DNA of 64,000 bases from Octopus bimaculoides (Eukaryota): contig NC_068990.1 in NCBI RefSeq assembly GCF_001194135.2, forward strand, positions 4,569,834 through 4,633,833, in the 5' to 3' direction. The notes below the pieces were generated by a model. It had not been told where the DNA came from. It did no database searches and saw only the letters and a list, made by a program, of their open reading frames with translations. Below are positions 11,302 to 24,198 of the stretch, piece by piece. The stretch's first letter is position 1, and each line of letters begins with the position of its first letter. A program made the translations under genes and the position numbers.

Positions 11302-14300
11302 GTATGTATACACACACACACACACACAGATACATATATTTTCCTTTAAGGACACTGTAAAAAATTTAGTTAGCATTATGAATAGCTTGTATTATTTAAT
11401 AGTAGGTAGCGGATAGCAATAGTTTTAATATATGACTAAGAATAGTATCTATTGACTATATTCAATATCGGAAATTTCACTTTAGTTTACTAGCNNNNNN
11501 NNNNTCATATATATATATATATATATATATATATCATATATATATATGCACATCTTTATACAGATGCATATATGCATACATATACATACACATATGTAGA
11601 AACACATAAATGTTCAGACATATACACATATATAGATACATACACACATATTTATATAAAAATTCATATGTATGTATATATTCAATTACATATGCATACA
11701 CACACACTCACATATAAACACATACACATATATATATATGTGTGCATACGCATACTCACATATATCTCTCTGCATAAATATATTTGCGTGAGAGAGAATG
11801 TGTGTATAAATTCACACACATATGAAAGAAAGAGAAGGGGAGGGAAATGGAAAGCAAAAAATGAAAGAAATAAAAAAACAACATCTAATGTGTCCTGCTT
11901 TTCACTTCATAAGTTTTTTGAGAGAAATTACTTTTTTTTATTCATGTCTTCTTTATCTCATTTTGCCTCTATTTTATTCCTCTCTTTATTCCCTTGTCTT
12001 ATTTCTGATCTTTGTCCTCCTTATTTCTTTTTTTCTTTTAAATTCCTTTACTTATTTTCTTCTGTTACTTGTTTTCTCTTACTTTATCTTGTCCTCTTAT
12101 TATTTCATTCTTTTCCTCATTCATTTCTTTCGTCTTGTTCCTGCCTACTGGAGGTGTAGAATCATTTATTGTGTCTATCTGTAAATCTATCTGGAGTCTC
12201 TTTATCTCTGGTTCTCTGTGTTCATCAGTGCAGACAACAGAAGAAAATAGAAAACGTCAGCCTCTCTTTCTTTTGAAAAAGCAGAATGCTTGACAGTATT
12301 TCATTTCATACTTGTTGAATAAAGTTCAAAGTGATGATTGAAACAAATCTGAAGAAAGGGTCTCTACCTTTCAGACTGTAGTCGACAACTTTAAATGTCT
12401 TATCAGACTTTTTCTCTTCTCCTCAATGGACTGTAAAGTTTATGCAGAATGAGACTCCAGTTTTATCTATTTTAAATCATGGATACAATTTATCACACTG
12501 AAAGCTTATAGCTTTTATCATAGTAAAAGCTATATGGTCTAAGCATCGCAACTCGTCTTCCTAAAATATCAGCTTCCATTCTATGTATTAGAAATAATGA
12601 AGGTTTCATACATTGGCACAAAGTTCATGCATTTTGGGGGAGAAATGAGGTCAACTAAACTGACCAAAATACTTGACTGAAGTAATGTTTATTATTATTA
12701 TTATCATTGTATTAAAATGAAGTTAACAGGGTTCATTTAGCATTTTTCTTGCAATGGGGTGATGAAATAAAGTACAATACTCTATGAAATAAAGTACAAT
12801 ATATACTGTGCTGGATCCAACTGTTCAAACTGAATTATTTTTGTGCTCAATGAAAGTAAATTATGACTTTTGGTAAAATGCCTTTTTATCTCGTTTGGTG
12901 ACTTGTATTTGCTTAAATCCAACAGTCTATAACTTATATTTTTATTACTTCAAGGCTGGGTGGATGTTACTCAATTATTGCTAATATACTCAAGCTTTTT
13001 AAATTTAGCACTTAACTCCTTATTTTTCAAAAAGGATGATTAAAAAAGGTTAAGTTTTAGGATCCATGTAAACTCATTCTTGCTGTTATGGTCAGTGACT
13101 GCTGAATTTTTTTTTTATCTGTATAAGATTTAAGCAGGTAATTTAAGCTTTAATAATTAATTAGTAATTATTGTTTTCATAATTCAATAAAAGCTATCAA
13201 AAATCAACTGGACAATGGAATAGTAACAAACTAAAAGTTTTAAAGTATTTAGTGCTGAACCTCAATGTCTTGAGTTAAAATCCCTCTGGATTTGGCTTTT
13301 CTATATTTCTGTAGTCAATAAAATTAAAGACAAGTGATGTGCTGGGACTGTGTCAAACCGCTGTACATATTTCCTACAAATGTTTGCTGTATACCAATTA
13401 TGACTTTAAAATTATTCAGAATTGTGTAGTTTATATAACAGCATTGTAATTAAGTAGTGTCTAAGTCTTGCTGGTACTGCGGTGGATGTAACAGAGCTCT
13501 GCTAAGTCATACATTTCCTAAGATATGTTAAAATATAATTAAAGAAAAAGAATATTATTTTAGAACCAGTATAGTCTACCAATTGATTTATGGGATTGCA
13601 TCTATAAGACATGGAATCAAATTTAAACTTGTAACTAAATAAAGACAAGTTTTCATCATTCACAAAATAATACTAATACTCAAACTTAGTTTTAACATGC
13701 CATTATGTTTACACTCATTGAAATCATCTTCATTATTGTTGCTATTTTTCATCACAAACATCATTATGGTGACAAATCTCTGACTTTATCTCTTCAGCTT
13801 GATCTGATACAGCAGACAGAATGCTAATTATCTGCAAGACTGGGCCTTTACAATTAGTAAAATTTGTTATCAAGGCATCTTAATTAACATCACAGATGTA
13901 GCTAGCGATACCTCAATGGATAATGATGACAATAGTTAACATCTTTTCAGGTGATAAAAGTATTTATTGTGTGCTTAAAAGGTATAATGTTCATATATTC
14001 ATTCACAGGCATGTGTGTATATGTGTGTGACTGTATATGTGTCTGTGTTTCAAATATAAGTCTGCTTAATATAGAAATGGAAATAAAGGATTATCATACA
14101 GTACAAAATAAAAGGAACATTTGATAAACAGAGTATTAACATTCTGTAGCTTTCAAAATCATTAATTAGATTATCATTAATAAAAAGAAAATGAAATGTT
14201 AAAAATTATGTACATGATATAAATCTACTTTGAAACAATTGTCATCATTTTAACTTTCAAGTTTCCATGATTACAAGTATTGGGTAAAATTTTTTTGAGG

Positions 14301-14516
14301 TAGATTTTCTATGGTTGTATGCTCTTGTTGCCAACACTCAACTGTTTCCCCTGTTCTTTCAAAAATTAGGTTAAAAAATATGTGAGTTTCTTATACATGG
14401 ATAGTATTATAATCCATTACAAAAACTTCCAAATTTTAAGCCTAAAAAATTAGGGGGTTCTTTATACACGAAGGTTCCTCATACATGTTAAAATACAGTG
14501 TATGTGTGTGTATATG

Positions 14517-14566
<50 letters not shown>

Positions 14567-15044
14567 TGTGTGCATGTGTATGTAAACATTATCAGTTACA
14601 CACACATTAGTGTATGTGTTTTCTTTACATGCTAATTTGTTGCAGGATGGCATCATAGGAAAATTGTTACATGATGCTGGGTGTTAAAGTACACTGACTG
14701 TCTGAGATCAGCTTTTAATTCGAAATCTAATTTTGTTTTACTTGTGCTACACCATAGCACATCAGCAAACAGACTTTACACTATTTGCGTTTATGTCTTA
14801 TTTCATATATGTCTCAGCGATTCATTTTGTTTTGAGGCATTTGTATATTTGATACTGAAGAGCTAAAACAACAGTGAAATATCAATATCTATTGTTCTAG
14901 TTCACTGAGGGCCAAGTTGTCTCACTTGGTCTGAGACATTTAATGTTCTTTAATGCTTGGCATTGTGTAGGAATTTTTCTCTGGATGCTATCCCACAGCA
15001 AAATGGCATATAAATAAAACACATGCACTATGCATGTACAACTG

Positions 15045-15075
<31 letters not shown>

Positions 15076-15587
15076 GGAAAATGAAGAATAAGGCAGAATG
15101 CTAAACTGGAAGCATATTTTAATAAAGATTTCTAACCGGCTTTCATTGCGAAGCAAATTTTCAAGAAGGAGAATGAAAATGTTTTTTACAAAGAAGTACA
15201 AAATGAAGAAAATAATATATTAAAAAAATAATATATAAAAAAATAAATATACCAATACATTATATTGTCTTTGAGCTTTGAAGTTCAATGGTAGTTCATG
15301 CATATAATGGTTGGAAAGATAAGGATGCATGAGAATTGAGAGTTGTGTTAGGTTTTAAAAAAGGGTTAAAAGTTTGTGTTAAGCAGGAAGTGTGGTGTCA
15401 AAACAGGAAGTGTGTGTAAGGGGAGACAAATGTTTTTAGTTGGAGTTATGAACTCTTTTTCAACAGGAAGTTTGAAAACAACATTTTCATTCTCCTTCTT
15501 GAAAATTTGCTTCGCAATGAAAGTCGATTAGAAATCTTTATTAAAATATGCTTCCAGTTTAGCATTCTGCCTTATTCTTCATTTTCC
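15076..15587. mobile_element. 512-bp non-coding element with 108-bp inverted repeats (MITE-like, or a Penelope inverted-pLTR derivative)
   Basis: 15076-15183 and 15480-15587 are reverse complements with 2 mismatches. TA flanks both ends (15074-75, 15588-89) and the left end abuts (TA)n. Confidence 0.8.
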
Positions 15588-15749
15588 TATTATTTCTCCA
15601 CGTGCGGTTAACACAACCCCACTATTTACTGACTTATATATATATATATATATATATACCTACACACACATACACACCACACACACACACATGAATGAGA
15701 GGACAAATGAAAGAAAAGGGCATTCTACACATTTAGTAGGAGTTACAAG

Positions 15750-15935
15750 TATTACTTAAAACTGGTTTATTTGGTTCCATGTGATACAAAGTTCCACATG
15801 ACTCTAACAGAACCTGTCTCCTTCAGGCTTTAGATTACTGATTTGGTAGTCTAAAGCCTGAAGGAGATGGGCTTTTGTTAGAGGCCTGGGAAACTTTAAG
15901 TCACTTGGAACTGAATCAAACTGTTTTAAACAATA
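15750..15935 (+). repeat. ~185-nt fold-back (hairpin) element
   Basis: 18 consecutive Watson-Crick pairs (15817-15834 with 15850-15867), a 5-nt loop at 15840-15844, and imperfect pairing out to 15750/15935. Confidence 0.9.
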
Positions 15936-16557
15936 TGTGTGAGTGAGTGTATAATATATGTTTGTAAGATTGTATAAGTATCAATGTATGTATGAATATA
16001 TGTGTGTGTATTGTGAAAGTGGTGAACACTAAAAAGGTAGGTATCAAAGGAGGGACAGGTTTTCACAAATGTTTTGGTTTTATGCTTGTAAAAAAGAAAA
16101 CAGTCTTGATCCTTTGGATGTGATTCCTTCATCAGAAGAAAATTATACAGAAATGAAAGATACAATGTAGTTAGAGAAGACAAAATAGCAAAACAGTTAG
16201 CAACCAGGTAGCAATGTGGTTTATGCATATATAGAGCATATTTTTAAATACTGTATGTCTAAGTAATCACTTTTATTATTTATTGATGATCACCTAAATT
16301 TGGGGAATAAGTGACAAATACATTTGGAATGTTACCTTCAGTTGATTGGTATATTATCAAGGTTATCGCTCATAGACTTAACTCATTGAATCTGGAACTA
16401 ATTAGAAGATATTATATAGTGTTAATATAAATCATGAAATATTGTCCATTGACTACTAATATAGTTCATTAGAAGTTGCAGATCGTTTATTCTATCAAGG
16501 TGATAAAATTAGTTTCGTGCTGAGGTAATTTATTTAAAAAATATACCAAGACATCAG

Positions 16558-16949
16558 TTGTTGTTGTTGTTGGCACTCCGTCACTTACGACGTCGAGGGT
16601 TCCAGTTGATCCAATCAACGGAACAGCCTGCTCCTTAAATTAACGTGCAAGTGGCTGAGTACTCCACAGACACGTGTACCCTTAACGTAGTTCTCGAGGA
16701 GATTCAGCATGACACAGTGTGACAAGGCTGACCCTTTGAAATACAGGTACAACAGAAACAGGAAGAAAGAGTGAGAGAAAGCTGTGGTGAAAGAGTACAG
16801 CAGGGTTCGCCACATCCCCTGCTGGAGCCTCGTGGAGCTTTAGGTGTTTTTGCTCAATAAACACTCACAAGGCCCGGTCTGGGAATTGAAACCGCGACCC
16901 TATGACTGTGAGTCCACTGCCCTACCCACTGGGCCATTGCGCCTCCACT
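16558..16949 (-). mobile_element. Full-length young tRNA-derived SINE (~390 bp) with (CAA)n tail
   Basis: Minus-strand head gtggaggcgcaatggcccagtgggtagggc..ggtttcaattccc (A/B boxes). 11-bp TSD caagacatcag at 16547-16557 and 16950-16960. Many CpGs intact. Confidence 0.95.
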
Positions 16950-17420
16950 CAAGACATCAGGTCACATCAGCAAATAATTTGTTTGCTGATTTCTATAAGA
17001 CAAGAGCCACTGCTCTCATTTAGATTCACTGATCCAGGGTAGCATTAATTGAAAAGACACACAATGAGGTTGAAATACCACAGTGTTTCCAAGTTCTTTT
17101 ATGTCAATTAATCACACGTGATACAAACTGACGTTGCCTAAAGAAAGGAACTGTTCTCCAAAGATAAAATACCACAAATATCAGCATACTCATGTTTGAA
17201 TCTATCAGAACATATTTACAATGAATGGATATATTATTGTTTAGCTTCTTTCTGTTTTGCACACAACCAGTGAATTAGTATAACTAAGACACCTACAAAA
17301 TGATATATGCATAAGGAGAATAAAACTGTTGTATTGTGGTGATGAAACATGGGCAGACAGCACAAAAATCTTGCAGTAGCAGGTTTTGTATAAAACCATT
17401 CAATGGGTGATGCACTGATT

Positions 17421-17742
17421 AGTTACAAAGGGCTCTACTTTCCAACCACATGGCACATGGTTCCAGATTCAGTCCCACTGTGTGGCACCTTAGGCAAGTG
17501 TGTTCCACTATAGCTCCAGGCAGATCAAAGCCATGGGGATAGATTTGGTAGATGAAAACTGAAAGAAGTTTGTCATAAACATACATACACATATATATAT
17601 ATGAATGTATGTATGTATGTATGTATGTATGTATGTATGTATGTATGTATGTATGTATGTATGTATGTATGTATGTATGTATGTGTGTATATGCCCCAGC
17701 ATGGCTACAATCCAATGCCTGAAACAAGTAAAAAAGATAAAA
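17421..17742 (+). mobile_element. tRNA-type SINE (third family) with an internal (ATGT)n expansion
   Basis: Head ccaaccacatgg..ttcagtcccactgtgtggcacc..ggcaagtgt and tail cagcatggc..tgaaacaagtaaaaaga. Same architecture as 21630-22082. Confidence 0.7.
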
Positions 17743-18112
17743 TGGTACATACATAGCTGCATGCATGGTTATATGGTTAAAAGGTTTGCTTTGCAACCAC
17801 ATGGTTCCCACTGTATGACACTTTAAGATAAATGATTTATACTCTAGCTCTAAAAGATGACCAATATTCTAAGAGAGGATTTTGATGGACAAAAGCTATG
17901 TATAAACCTGTCTGACTGTTAAATCCACAAGTTTTTTTCATTTGCTCTCTGTTTATTTCCTTGTGTTCCTTTCGGTTGAGGAGCATAGGCCCAAAATGTA
18001 AAAAACTTTCTCACCTTCCCAAGCATCAAACTAATACACCTGGTTGTTGTTTATACACCTGTCTTTGACTTTTGTTTTTCTGTAAATTTCAACTATATGT
18101 ATGCATGTGTAT

Positions 18113-18839
18113 NNNNNNNNNNNNNNNNNNNNNNNNNNNNNNNNNNNNNNNNNNNNNNNNNNNNNNNNNNNNNNNNNNNNNNNNNNNNNNNNNNNNNNNN
18201 NNNNNNNNNNNNNNNNNNNNNNNNNNNNNNNNNNNNNNNNNNNNNNNNNNNNNNNNNNNNNNNNNNNNNNNNNNNNNNNNNNNNNNNNNNNNNNNNNNNN
18301 NNNNNNNNNNNNNNNNNNNNNNNNNNNNNNNNNNNNNNNNNNNNNNNNNNNNNNNNNNNNNNNNNNNNNNNNNNNNNNNNNNNNNNNNNNNNNNNNNNNN
18401 NNNNNNNNNNNNNNNNNNNNNNNNNNNNNNNNNNNNNNNNNNNNNNNNNNNNNNNNNNNNNNNNNNNNNNNNNNNNNNNNNNNNNNNNNNNNNNNNNNNN
18501 NNNNNNNNNNNNNNNNNNNNNNNNNNNNNNNNNNNNNNNNNNNNNNNNNNNNNNNNNNNNNNNNNNNNNNNNNNNNNNNNNNNNNNNNNNNNNNNNNNNN
18601 NNNNNNNNNNNNNNNNNNNNNNNNNNNNNNNNNNNNNNNNNNNNNNNNNNNNNNNNNNNNNNNNNNNNNNNNNNNNNNNNNNNNNNNNNNNNNNNNNNNN
18701 NNNNNNNNNNNNNNNNNNNNNNNNNNNNNNNNNNNNNNNNNNNNNNNNNNNNNNNNNNNNNNNNNNNNNNNNNNNNNNNNNNNNNNNNNNNNNNNNNNNN
18801 NNNNNNNNNNNNNNNNNNNNNNNNNNNNNNNNNNNNNNN
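18113..18839. other. Assembly gap (N). Other gaps: 11495-11504, 23695-23704, 41900-42717, 52196-52205, 57567-57976
   Basis: Runs of n. The poly-X ORFs in the track are artefacts of these. Confidence 1.
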
Positions 18840-19529
18840 AGAAAATACTTCCTTGGAGTAAAACTACTCTGTATGTGTGTGTGGGGATGGGGAGGGGTAT
18901 TTGTTTCTCAATGAGTAATCCAACCAATTCCTTAACACTCACCATCAGCAATGTCATGAATCAGTGATTTCTTTTTTTCAGTTGAAAAACTTGTAACCAA
19001 TGATGCTATTGTTCATTAACTGAGATAAAAAAATACAAACAAAATAAATACGGACTGAATCGAAAGTGTTACCTCTAAAAGAACATATGATGAAAAGTCA
19101 AAAAGATTCAAATTACACTGCGTTGCAAACTTATCCAACATATTGCACATTGATAAAAACGGGATATTAAAACATTAATGATAATAGCTTTGATGACAGT
19201 GAATGCTAATCAAAAGATTATGTTAGTCTTATTTTCATTTCACAGCTCTAGATATTTTAATTCAGTTATAATGCAATAGCCTTAATAAAGGCAAGAGCAT
19301 CATCATTCTATTTTGTTTCTTCTTTCTTTAAGTCAACACAACTGACCACTGGTTGATGGATATCACTGATTAAGAAAGTTCATGCAATAAACTATTTATC
19401 ACACCAGCGCAAGAGGATAAATAAATATTCATAAGTGAATAGCTTATATATGTAGGCATAGTGAATTCACATACAAAGGGAGCAAGAAAAGAAAGAATAT
19501 AAATGCATATAAACATAATCCCACACATA

Positions 19530-19575
<46 letters not shown>

Positions 19576-21029
19576 TACATTCATATATATATATACACAT
19601 AAATATATACATGCACACACACATATATATATATATACGTACATACAAATACATACAGAAACACACAAACACACACACATATTTAATATTGCCTAAGAAT
19701 CTTGAACTGCCATAGAAAATATGCTTATGATTTAGTTTCCTCACATAAGATCATAGAATGAAGTCTCCTCAATGAGAATAATCTTGCTTAATATTGAATA
19801 TAAGCTGGTCATAATGATATTGCTATATCTGTAGATGATATATTGAGTTTATTAGGTAATAATTTATTATTTCATTTAGGTATTAAAGCAGCTGTAGGTT
19901 TTACTTGGTCAAGATGTATCATAAAGGAAACCTCTAGATAGTCACTTGACCCAACTAGAAATAACAACACAATCCCCTTTAAATCACACCCACTGTTTAC
20001 AAGAAAACAAAAAAAATACATTGGGTAAAGTAGTCTTGGAGACACTCAGAAGCATAGATGAAATGCTCACAGTTGAGATGCTTTTGAACACAGATCTGCT
20101 GGATCAGGGCTGACCTGAGGCAAAACAGCAACAGAAGTAAAAGCAAGAACAGCTGCAAAGGTAACAACAGCAACAACAACAACTTGATCAAGATACAGCA
20201 TTTATGTTAACATTTAAAAGGACACATTGGTTCCTGACTAGAAGTATGGTTTACAGCGTAATTGATGATACTAAATGCTATTATAAGAATGTTGATGATG
20301 ATGATAGTGGTGATCAGGATATGGTATTGAAGGGAAGGGGAAATAGAATATAGATAGAGATCTAACATGTATGTAATCTTACCCCATGCATGAACTACTT
20401 CACAAATACTACAGCAGTGGCTTCCTATTGGTATGGATACACAGTGTGGCAGAACATTATAATCTGTTTCATGAAATAGATGCCATATGTTTAAATGACA
20501 GGGATATGTCTTTATAAATAGTGCAGAAAGTGAGAAACCGATAAAAATAGCATAAAAAAATATAATTAGAAAAACCTCTCTTGATCTAAACCTTCTACAT
20601 TAAATATATCTAATATCAAAAGTCATCATTCAAGGTCTATCTAAATCTCATTTTCTATTTTGAAGTAGTGACTGTCATATTGTCATTTTAGGCTATGTTA
20701 GAATGGCAAGCAGCATTTACACTAACCCTATCAATCAAAATGTCCTTCACCATATTAAACATCTGCTTTACTGTGGTTTTAGATTAGATTTAAAGTGATA
20801 TATTATTACCAATGTTGTTGTTCTTGTTGTTGTTACAATAAACAACATACATTCTTACAGCAACAGAAAGCGAATACTTTGAGGGTTCTGAAAGGGTAAG
20901 AAATACTTGATATACCTAAGCATCTTACAGGATGTTTAAGTACATCAAAAAATATCTTTTAGGGAAATTTAATAAGAAATAAATTAATTTTAAATGCATT
21001 TAATATATCCTTGGTACCTTCATTTTGTT

Positions 21030-21480
21030 GTGACAAGGTTACTCAAGTCAGATTATGGTGCATGTAATAGTGCAGCATGATGTTGCATTCATCATCTGTC
21101 AGTATATTCCTGGGCTCACCAGGGCAACCTGCTGAGCAGAATTGAAGTCAGTCCCCATCTCTGTGAGATATCTCCTCATCTGCCATGACCATGTTGCATA
21201 TGATCAACCAACAATGTGATTAACCAGGCCAGATCCGCAGTGCAGAGAACATGGTAAGCAGGGTCTAAGTCAAAAAATTGAGCAATATGGCTACACAGTC
21301 TGAGCTGGTGCTCCCGAATCCCACAAGCAACAGGATGCATCACAGTTTCTGAATAGTGTTGTTCATTGGATATGAAAATCTGACCAATCGTACCTCATAA
21401 TCCTGCAAAACATTCCGGTACCAGAGGAGTTCAAGCAGTTCCTAAGGGCCCTGAACAGTGTCCAAGTCTTACAATTATAA
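21030..21480 (-). mobile_element. RTE-clade LINE 3' fragment
   Basis: Minus translation: CKTWTLFRALRNCLNSSGTGMFCRIMRYDWSDF..; a shifted frame gives QLRLCSHIAQFFDLDPAYHVL, then ATWSWQMRRYLTEMG. This matches the RTE GCETWTL..RQLRLYGHVAR..DPAH pattern. Confidence 0.85.
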
Positions 21481-21629
21481 TTGTGAGACATGGTTACTGA
21501 TTAATAAAAAAAGAAGATACAGCATGCACTTTGTAGTAGGAAAGGTTGCACGGCAAAATTAACTTCTTGGATTCTAGCAGAATTTGTAGGCTGGGAGGTG
21601 GTAAATAAACTGAAATCATAATTGTTAGA

Positions 21630-22082
21630 GGCATGGACGTTAGTTAAGAAGTCTGCCTCTCAACTATGTGGATTTTTAGGTTCAGTCCCATTACACAGCA
21701 CCTTGGGCAAATATCTTTTACTTTAGCCTCAGACTAGCCAATTCCTTGTGAGTGAATTTGGTAAATAGAAACTATATGGAAGCTCATTGCATATGTGTGT
21801 GTGTGCATACATATACACATACATGTATATATATGTGTATATATATATAGATATATATGTTATGTGCATATTTGTTTATGTGCACCTTTGTATCTCCACC
21901 TCTTGACAACTGGTGCTGGCTTTTTTGTGTCCCTATAAATTGATAGTTCAGCAAAAAAAAGATAAGTAACATGCATAAACTAAATACTGGGGGTGGGAGA
22001 TTTGCTTGACTAAACCCTTTCAAGTTGGTGTCCCTGCATGGTAGTGGTTCAATGACTGAGGTAAAAAAATAAAAGAATAATT
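21630..22082 (+). mobile_element. tRNA-type SINE (third family) with an internal (AT/GT)n tract
   Basis: Same head and tail as 17421-17742, ending gtaaaaaaataaaagaataa. Confidence 0.75.
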
Positions 22083-23707
22083 GTATTTTCTTGTTTTATT
22101 CTTGATAAACACCAAGACAACCCAAGTTGAGCAGATGTATGTTCAAAGCCAGTCAAGTAATGATTCCTGTCCTTTTATTTTCCTTCATATATTCTGTACT
22201 CTTAACATTTTATTCGCTGTGTCCATTCTTCTTAAGGATTGTAGTATTATTTTTTAGAAATTTGGCTGCTATTTCTAGTAGGCTGAAGGATCAGGTAAAA
22301 GTTTCTCTGTTTTCTTACTTTGATGTTTTGCTTTTCAAAGAAATATTGAACTGGCAATTTATTGAAAGCTTTGTTACAAATTAGATTGATTTTGGTATTC
22401 ATTTTATATATGTATGTCCTTAATTTATTTTATATAATAATCTGTTTTTATATTTGTTTACTTCGGGAAAATAGTTGAGGTCATCCTATATTTGAATAAA
22501 TATATTTTGCCTGTAGAATGTTGTGAAAATTAGAGATAAGCCTCAGTTCCTATACTTTAGCTTATCATTATTAGTATTTCCTATCTACTTAATGCATCTA
22601 ATATCATATATTTATCCATTTCCCCATCTGCCTTCAATAGTACAAACTTTCATAGTGTTTAAATTCCTTTTTTATACTATCACAAACATTCTAGATTGAA
22701 AAAAATAAATAGTTTATGTTTGCTTCAATATAATTAGCTATTTGTCATTATATTTTTAGAGCAGTACTTTTTATTTTATATAATATTATAGGCAATTTAA
22801 AGAAACTAATAATTAATGTTGGGGAAGATATTACGGTTAAATTAAATATTGATTTCTTATATCACAATAAGTTCAGATATTTATAGAGGCGGATGGGAGA
22901 GTCAAACCCTTTTCATACAGATTTTTCATTTTATTGAAGAAATGAAGAAATGAATGATGAAGTTGAGTCCAATGGGATAAAATTAAACACAAATTTCCAA
23001 CACTGACCTAAGTGCTATAAATTTGTTGGGGTGGAAAGTATAATTGGTTGAATAGATTATTACATAAATAGTATTTATTTAACCAGTTCTGGAAGCTTCA
23101 CCTCACCATGATTTCTACTCGGGATGTGAGAGATGTAACTAAACAGTGCAGGATATTTAACATGGTTCTCTACCATGCTAGATATTTTGCATTAAAATAA
23201 AGATATAAATAGTTTTTGAATATACAAATATGTCAATAAAATTTTGCAGCATTACAGAAATTATCACACATCACTAATGACTTATTTCTGGCTGATCCAG
23301 CTGAGATGTGTTGATTGTGAAATTCTTCTCTATCAGGCTAAGAAGAAGAAGAAGAAAATTCTGACATATGGACAACTTCTCATGAAATCTACTCAAGCTT
23401 TCACATTCAATGTACATGATGTTTTCAACAAGTGTGTATTTCAGTGCAAGCATGTGCATGCGTGCGCATGCGTGTGTGTGTGTGTGAGGCCCAATTTCAC
23501 AGCTTGATTAAATGCATGCTATATGTTATACTACATACAGCATGATTAAATACATACAACATATTATACACAAATCCGCAAGTGTGTATTTGTGTTTAAT
23601 ATACATATGTGTGTATGTGTGTGTATATATATGTGTGTGTATATATGTGTGTGTGTATATATGTGTGTATATATGTGCATGTATATATATATGTNNNNNN
23701 NNNNATA

Positions 23708-23753
<46 letters not shown>

Positions 23754-24167
23754 GATAGATAGATAGATGGTTGTTATATGAAACCTATAAAATATGTTAT
23801 GTGACATGTGTAATAATATGATACTCTCCTACATTTTATTCATAGTAAAGAGTGTGTTGATAGCACAACACTCATATTTTCACTTTATTTATCATTAGTA
23901 TTTCCTATCTACTCTATGCACCCAATATCTTATATTCACATTCAACCATTGATTATTTCTGCATCTGCCCTCAACAGTACAAACTTTAAGTTGATAGGTT
24001 TCATTGAAAACAAAATAAAAATGTCTTTGGAGCATCTCTTAAATGAAATAAATTAAAAACAGAAAAAAGCAAACGAGAATTCATCACATGCCATCAAAAG
24101 CTTATCTGCTCAGTCTGACTTATGGAAAGAATAGATTAAAAAAGAAAAGAAAGAGGAAATGTTTGTA

Positions 24168-24198
<31 letters not shown>

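Noticed and set aside
14296-14330. let-7-like start TGAGGTAG
   Set aside because: Only the seed matches and no hairpin forms.
16870-16949. tRNA-like sequence with A and B boxes
   Set aside because: It is the head of a SINE bounded by a TSD, not a tRNA gene.
21320-21480. + strand peptides HKQQDASQFL (USP Gln-box-like) and PEEFKQFLRAL
   Set aside because: The segment is fully explained as an RTE LINE on the minus strand.
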